This document shows, one piece after another, positions 17,460 to 21,841 of a stretch of DNA of 21,841 bases. A model generated the notes under the pieces. That model saw only the letters and a list, made by a program, of their open reading frames with translations. It made no database searches and was not told the origin of the DNA. This DNA is from Pseudobdellovibrionaceae bacterium (GTDB taxonomy: Bacteria; Bdellovibrionota; Bdellovibrionia; Bdellovibrionales; Bdellovibrionaceae), in the NCBI GenBank assembly GCA_041288045.1, contig JBGGMM010000235.1, forward strand, positions 1-21,841. Direction: 5' to 3'. The translations under genes were made by a program, and so were the position numbers. Numbering within the stretch: position 1 is the stretch's first letter; each line of letters opens with the position of its first letter.

Positions 17460-18185
17460 ATGCGCACAGACGGACGAGATTTCTCACAATTAAGGCCCAT
17501 TCGAATCACGCCTCATGTTTCAGAATTTGCCGAAGGCAGCGCAATGGTCGAATTTGGCAAAACCAAAGTTCTTTGTACAGCCAGCTATGAGCCGATGCCT
17601 CCCAAATGGTTGCAGGGAACCGGCACGGGTTGGATCACTGCCGAATATGGGATGCTTCCCAGATCTACTCAACAGCGTTTGAAGCGGGACAAAACCCTGA
17701 CTGGCGGACGCACTCAGGAAATCTCTCGACTGATTGGTCGCAGCCTTCGCGCTGCCATTGACCCAAAAATTCTTGGCGAAAGACAAATCACCATCGATTG
17801 CGACGTCCTTCAAGCCGACGGAGGCACCAGGACAGCGGCGATCACAGGTGGATTTGTCGCTTTGGCCCTGGCTCTTAAAAAGCTTCAGGATGTCAGCGAA
17901 ATCAAAAGCCTTCCTCTGATCAATTATGTCGCTGCAATCAGCATCGGCCTGGAAAAAGGACGGCTGCTTTTGGATTTGAATTATGATGAGGATTCAATGA
18001 TCGGCACCGACATGAATTTTGTGATGACACAAAAAAACGAATTCATCGAAGTGCAAGGCACAGCTGAGCACGTCCCCTTCAATAAGGGCCAGCTAATGGA
18101 AATGATGGATCTAGCTCAAAAGGGCTGTCAGGAACTTTTTCGTCATCAAGCAGAAATCATTGGAAACTTCTTTCCATTGAAATAA
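17460..18185 (+). CDS. rph: ribonuclease PH
   Basis: AEGSAMVEFGKTKVLCTAS, GWITAEYGMLPRST, GRTQEISRLIGRSLR, DVLQADGGTRTA. Confidence 0.97.
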   Translation: MRTDGRDFSQLRPIRITPHVSEFAEGSAMVEFGKTKVLCTASYEPMPPKWLQGTGTGWITAEYGMLPRSTQQRLKRDKTLTGGRTQEISRLIGRSLRAAIDPKILGERQITIDCDVLQADGGTRTAAITGGFVALALALKKLQDVSEIKSLPLINYVAAISIGLEKGRLLLDLNYDEDSMIGTDMNFVMTQKNEFIEVQGTAEHVPFNKGQLMEMMDLAQKGCQELFRHQAEIIGNFFPLK

Positions 18186-18195
18186 GCTAGTCGCT

Positions 18196-18795
18196 ATGAC
18201 TGAGCTTTGGATTTCCACCGGCAATAAGGGCAAACTGAGCGAATTCAAACTTCTCTTTGAAAAGCATTTGCCAGATTATAAGATTTTTTCCATTGCCGAT
18301 CTTCCAACTTTCACTCCACCACCCGAAAACGGACAGAGCTTTCTCGACAACGCTCGAATCAAAGCCAAAAGTCTCAAAGCCATGAAACCTGGCACTTGGG
18401 TGATGGCCGAGGACTCAGGCCTGGAAGTCGAAGGACTTGGCAATCTTCCCGGCATACACTCGGCCCGATATGCCGGCCCCAAAGCGGCTGACAGCGAAAA
18501 CGTCGCCAAGCTTTTAAAAATGATGCAGATCCGGGCCATCAGCAATCGCAATGCTCAATTCAAATGTTGCATGGTCGTCTTCACTCCCACAGGTGAAGAA
18601 TGGATTTTCAACGGTGAACTCAAAGGCCAAATTGCGAAAGTCCCAGCCGGCCAACATGGTTTTGGCTATGACCCGATCTTCGTCCCCGACGGCGAAACCA
18701 AAACTGTCGCCGAACTCGGCAGCGGATTTAAAAGCCAAAATTCACATCGAGCCAAAGCGACTTTGGCTTTCATTGAAAAACTGAAATCTCTTTAA
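18196..18795 (+). CDS. rdgB: dITP/XTP pyrophosphatase (RdgB/HAM1)
   Basis: TGNKGKLSE, EDSGL, PGIHSARYAG, GFGYDPIF, SHRAKA; classic position after rph. Confidence 0.95.
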   Translation: MTELWISTGNKGKLSEFKLLFEKHLPDYKIFSIADLPTFTPPPENGQSFLDNARIKAKSLKAMKPGTWVMAEDSGLEVEGLGNLPGIHSARYAGPKAADSENVAKLLKMMQIRAISNRNAQFKCCMVVFTPTGEEWIFNGELKGQIAKVPAGQHGFGYDPIFVPDGETKTVAELGSGFKSQNSHRAKATLAFIEKLKSL

Positions 18796-18805
18796 AAAAT
18801 GAGGG

Positions 18806-18830
18806 AAGGGGCGGCAAGCCGCCCCTTTTT
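18806..18830 (+). terminator. intrinsic terminator after rdgB, possibly bidirectional
   Basis: AAGGGGCGG-CAAG-CCGCCCCTT followed by T's, between convergent ORFs. Confidence 0.85.
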
Positions 18831-18845
18831 CACCTGAAGGATTTT

Positions 18846-18989
18846 CTAGCGGCGAGTAGAACTCGCAGACGATGAACTGCGGGAGCTTGGACTGCGGCTA
18901 GATTGGCTGCTTGAACTTCGTGCTGAATTTGAATTGGAAGAGCTTGAACTGGCACGACCCGAACGACTGGGACTGGTTTTCTTTGTCAC
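18846..18989 (-). CDS. Ser/Arg-rich basic microprotein (47 aa)
   Basis: AAGGAGGT SD 5 nt before GTG 18989; product MTKKTSPSRSGRASSSSSNSNSARSSSSQSSRSPSSRSSSSASSTRR; own promoter motif upstream and terminator hairpin downstream. Confidence 0.7.
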   Translation of the reverse strand: MTKKTSPSRSGRASSSSSNSNSARSSSSQSSRSPSSRSSSSASSTRR

Positions 18990-19017
18990 TTTTAACCTCC
19001 TTGCTTCCCTAGCGTTT

Positions 19018-19034
19018 AGCAAAAACAAGTCCAA
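19018..19034 (-). promoter_or_regulatory. sigma54 promoter candidate for the microprotein
   Basis: Minus strand TTGGACTTGTTTTTGCT (GG-N10-GC, TTGCT); predicted +1 near 19007, just 5' of the SD. Confidence 0.6.
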
Positions 19035-19097
19035 CTTTTTAAATTGAGTTCAAATCCGGTCAAAGTTAGGTGAAGTCAAATAAGGATTTGGTTTCGA

Positions 19098-19487
19098 TTA
19101 AATAAATAAAGCTTCAGACACAACTGCTTGGAATTCAGCCCGAGGTTGAACCGAGTAACCACGTCGAAGGTGATCCTGATTTTGATAAACATTAAAAGCT
19201 TTGGGAGCGAAGAAAATTTCAATCTGTCGACGCAGGCTATGGCTGGGGCGAACCAGGGCCAGCTCTCCCCCTTTTCGCCCCAAGTCTCGACTGGTATCCG
19301 CAAAGTACTTGAGAACTTGAAGACTGAGGAAATCGGCCTCAGAGAGATCAATAGCGACTCGCGACGATTTTTCGACTGTTTGCTCTAGTGTTTGGATCAG
19401 TTGGCGGTCATTGAAAGCATCCACTCGGCCTGAAATCTTCAGGCCCGTCCAGCCGGGAAGTTCGATTGATCGCAAAATTGTCATCAT
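19098..19487 (-). CDS. STAS-domain protein (anti-sigma-factor antagonist-like)
   Basis: LKISGRVDA, VAIDLSEADFL and GGELALVRPS fit the STAS pattern. Confidence 0.85.
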   Translation of the reverse strand: MMTILRSIELPGWTGLKISGRVDAFNDRQLIQTLEQTVEKSSRVAIDLSEADFLSLQVLKYFADTSRDLGRKGGELALVRPSHSLRRQIEIFFAPKAFNVYQNQDHLRRGYSVQPRAEFQAVVSEALFI

Positions 19488-19608
19488 TTCGTCTCTGACA
19501 ATTACAACTCCCTGTCAGCTTGTCAATGGAGAGTCACTTCCCCATTGTCAAAAGCCGCATTTTCGCGATAAACCAAAAGCCGTTCATGAAAAAAGGGGGT
19601 CGGTTTTT

Positions 19609-20553
19609 ATGAAAGGTCTGAAAATCTTTTCTGGTAATTCCAATCCTCAACTGGCGCGAAAAATCGCCGAAGCTGCAGGAGTCGATCTCGGTTACTGTCA
19701 GCTCAACTCTTTTGCTGATGGTGAAATCCAAGTCGAAATTCACGAAAGCGTCCGCGGTCAGGATGTCTTCGTTGTTCAAAGCGCTTGCCCCCCAGCCAAC
19801 CAAAATTACATGGAGCTTTTCATTTTGATCGATGCGCTTCGAAGAGCTTCGGCCACTTCGATCACTGCTGTGATTCCCTATTATGGTTACGCCCGGCAGG
19901 ATCGAAAAGTCGCCCCCCGAGCCCCAATTTCGGCCAAATTGATGGCCGATCTGATCACCACAGCTGGCGCCAATCGAGTTGTTTCTGTGGATTTGCATGC
20001 CGCCCAGATCCAGGGCTTTTTCAATGTTCCCGTGGATCACCTTTTTGCCATTCCCACCTTGTCTCGAGCTTGGAGAGAGGCCATGGGCACCGGAGATGAC
20101 TTTGTTGCGGTGAGTCCTGATGCTGGCGGAGTCGAAAGAACCCGAGCTTTTGCCAAGCGGATTGAGTGTCCAATAGCAATTGTCGACAAACGCCGATCCG
20201 GTCCTAACGAAGCGAAAGCCCTGCATTTAATTGGAGATGTGGCCGGCAAAACCGCAATTATCGTGGATGACATGATCGATACAGCAGGAACTCTTACACA
20301 AGCTGTTGACAGTCTTTACAAAAATGGTGCAAAACGTGTGTTCGCCGTTGCAACGCATCCGGTTCTGTCAGGGCCTGCGATCTCTCGAATCGTGGAAAGC
20401 CGAATTGAAAAACTGTGGGTGACTGACACGATTCCTTTGAGCGAAGCTGCGCGAAACTGTGGAAAAATCGAAGTGATTTCAGTGGCTCATCTGCTGGCTG
20501 AAGCAATCAAGAGAATCCATGGCAATGATTCCGTCAGCTCTTTATTTGATTAG
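19609..20553 (+). CDS. prs: ribose-phosphate pyrophosphokinase
   Basis: FADGE, PYYGYARQDRK, DLHAAQIQGFF, VSPDAGG, VDDMIDTAGT; ATG 19609 (MKGLKIFSGN). Confidence 0.97.
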   Translation: MKGLKIFSGNSNPQLARKIAEAAGVDLGYCQLNSFADGEIQVEIHESVRGQDVFVVQSACPPANQNYMELFILIDALRRASATSITAVIPYYGYARQDRKVAPRAPISAKLMADLITTAGANRVVSVDLHAAQIQGFFNVPVDHLFAIPTLSRAWREAMGTGDDFVAVSPDAGGVERTRAFAKRIECPIAIVDKRRSGPNEAKALHLIGDVAGKTAIIVDDMIDTAGTLTQAVDSLYKNGAKRVFAVATHPVLSGPAISRIVESRIEKLWVTDTIPLSEAARNCGKIEVISVAHLLAEAIKRIHGNDSVSSLFD

Positions 20554-20577
20554 TTATTTGATTTATTTTTTGATTTA
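20542..20577 (+). repeat. three imperfect 12-bp tandem repeats
   Basis: TTATTTGATTAG / TTATTTGATTTA / TTTTTTGATTTA at 20542, 20554 and 20566. Confidence 0.6.
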
Positions 20578-20592
20578 TTTTGGAGAAGAAGT

Positions 20593-21282
20593 ATGAGCCA
20601 AAGACAAGAACTCAATGTAGAAGCAAGACAGCCTGGAAAGCACAACAGCCGAGCTCTTCGCCGGAACCGCAAAGTTCCTGCCGTTGTTTACGGAGCGACT
20701 GAGCCTCAGAACATTTTCATCGATGAATCTTCAGTGGTTCGTTTCAATGTTCGCGCTTATGAAAACTCTCTTTTCAATTTGAAAAGCGCAGATTCAAAAT
20801 TGAACAACATCGTCGTTCTGATGAAAGACGTGAACGTTCATCCTTTGACTCGCCGACCTCAGCACGTTGATCTTTTCGCTCTAGATTTGAAAAAAGCCGT
20901 TCGCGTTTCCATCGAAGTCCGTCTGGAAGGAAAACCAGTGGGTCTTGCTGAAGGCGGTCTCTTGAACGTGGTCAACCGTCAAATTGAAATCGAATGTTTG
21001 CCAACTGAAATTCCCGATGGGATCACTGCTGATATTTCTGGTTTGAGCGTCGGCGATGCTCTCCACGTTTCAGATTTGAAAATTCCAGAAGGAATGAAAG
21101 TTCTTTCTTCTGCCGAAACAACAATTGCAGTTGTGAACCTCTTTGTTGAAGAAGAAGTTGCTGCTCCAACAGCCGCAGCAACCGATGCAGCCGCAGCAGC
21201 CCCTGCAGCTGGCGCAGCAGCTCCTGCAGCCGGTGCCGCCGCTCCTGCCAAGGAAGCCGCCAAGAAGGAAGAGAAAAAGTAA
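20593..21282 (+). CDS. rplY: 50S ribosomal protein L25 / general stress protein Ctc
   Basis: VPAVVYG, HVDL, G...GG.L, CLP..IP..I..DIS.L.VGD.LHVSDL; Ala/Pro-rich tail; conserved prs-rplY-pth order. Confidence 0.96.
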   Translation: MSQRQELNVEARQPGKHNSRALRRNRKVPAVVYGATEPQNIFIDESSVVRFNVRAYENSLFNLKSADSKLNNIVVLMKDVNVHPLTRRPQHVDLFALDLKKAVRVSIEVRLEGKPVGLAEGGLLNVVNRQIEIECLPTEIPDGITADISGLSVGDALHVSDLKIPEGMKVLSSAETTIAVVNLFVEEEVAAPTAAATDAAAAAPAAGAAAPAAGAAAPAKEAAKKEEKK

Positions 21283-21307
21283 TCTCTCCAAACAAGAAGT
21301 TGATTTC

Positions 21308-21337
21308 AAAAAAGCGGTCCCAGTGGCCGCTTTTTTT
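21308..21337 (+). terminator. intrinsic terminator after rplY
   Basis: AAAAAAGCGGTC-CCAGT-GGCCGCTTTTTTT. Confidence 0.85.
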
Positions 21338-21377
21338 ATTTGGACTGTTTATTTTTTCATCCGATTCCGCATCCATG

Positions 21378-21648
21378 TCTTTCCTCATTTCCCCCCGGCA
21401 CCGCTGTGCTTGAGACCCTCCATCCACGATGTTGTCCGTTGGTATGGCGTGCCGACGGTCAACATCGTGGATGAGTGCTCGTCACGAAGTCTTTTGCTTG
21501 GGTGGTGTGCGAAGCTCGCGTCTTCGCCTGATCGTGAACGTCCGTGTCCGTCTTTTCTGGAAATTCGGCCCTCCACGGCCTCACCCCTTCGGGGCTCGCC
21601 TTCGGCGAGTTTCCAGAAAACTCAAGGCTGGGGAAGGGAAGGGAAAGA
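21378..21648. other. highly structured non-coding element (structured RNA or REP/MITE-like insertion)
   Basis: Nested inverted repeats, including 14-bp perfect arms 21421-21434/21460-21473 and 11-bp arms 21553-21563/21610-21620, with complementary ends. Confidence 0.7.
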
Positions 21649-21744
21649 AGAATAGATTGAATGAATTTCGGTCTTGTGGAGTTGCAGCTTTTGCCTCTAC
21701 AAAAAAATCGCTTTCCCTCTGAAAATAGACTAAAACGATCACTC

Positions 21745-21840
21745 ATGTATTTCGTTGTCGGTCTCGGAAATCCGGGTTCAAAATATGCGCTCACTCGCCA
21801 TAACATTGGCTTTATGGCTGTTGACCTTTTTGCCATGGGT
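21745..21840 (+). CDS. pth: peptidyl-tRNA hydrolase, 5' part (truncated by the window end)
   Basis: [27 protein letters not shown] is the Pth N-terminal signature. Confidence 0.95.
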   Translation, partial: MYFVVGLGNPGSKYALTRHNIGFMAVDLFAMG

Positions 21841-21841
21841 G

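Noticed and set aside
19488..19608. tRNA-Gln, often found upstream of prs
   Set aside because: No tRNA-like sequence (no GTTCGA T-arm) in this spacer.
19411..19608. N-terminal extensions of prs (and of mscS from 13744, subtilase from 12987) in the ORF track
   Set aside because: They overlap neighbouring genes or promoter regions; downstream ATGs have SDs and match family N-termini or signal peptides.
21194..21249. 21-bp imperfect repeats in the rplY tail (AAAPAAG)
   Set aside because: Ordinary low-complexity Ctc C-terminal tail.
21378..21648. Group II intron, tRNA, RNase P or CRISPR identity for the structured element
   Set aside because: No domain V consensus, no T-loop/anticodon cloverleaf, no RNase P conserved motifs and no repeat-spacer periodicity visible.
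21143..21836. ORFs 21143-21655, 21385-21576, 21429-21722 and 21459-21836 across the structured element
   Set aside because: They overlap rplY, its terminator or pth, or lack start signals; open frames are expected in GC-rich palindromic DNA.

Overview
Chromosomal window, most likely from a Bdellovibrionota (Bdellovibrio-like) bacterium; this is inferred from gene content and protein style, not from a search. The left part (1-8.6 kb) is accessory: secreted hypothetical proteins, a pseudo-receiver protein, a protein-glutaminase-like enzyme, divergent CBS and universal-stress genes, a single-domain response regulator, a secreted HNH-motif protein, a HEAT-repeat protein and a membrane-anchored low-complexity protein. 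The rest holds pyrC-yciB, a DUF4360-like protein, an S8 subtilase, uppP-mscS, a long coiled-coil protein, amidase-rph-rdgB, a STAS protein and prs-rplY-pth (pth is truncated by the window end). No tRNA, rRNA, CRISPR array or transposase was seen. The most unusual signals lie outside the obvious genes: (i) a ~55-nt candidate sigma54-driven sRNA made of C-rich single strands plus a terminator; (ii) a candidate sigma54-driven 47-aa Ser/Arg-rich microprotein with a perfect SD; (iii) a ~280-bp highly folded element between rplY and pth; (iv) five correctly spaced -24/-12 promoter motifs; (v) several apparently leaderless genes; (vi) a probable ATC start codon.
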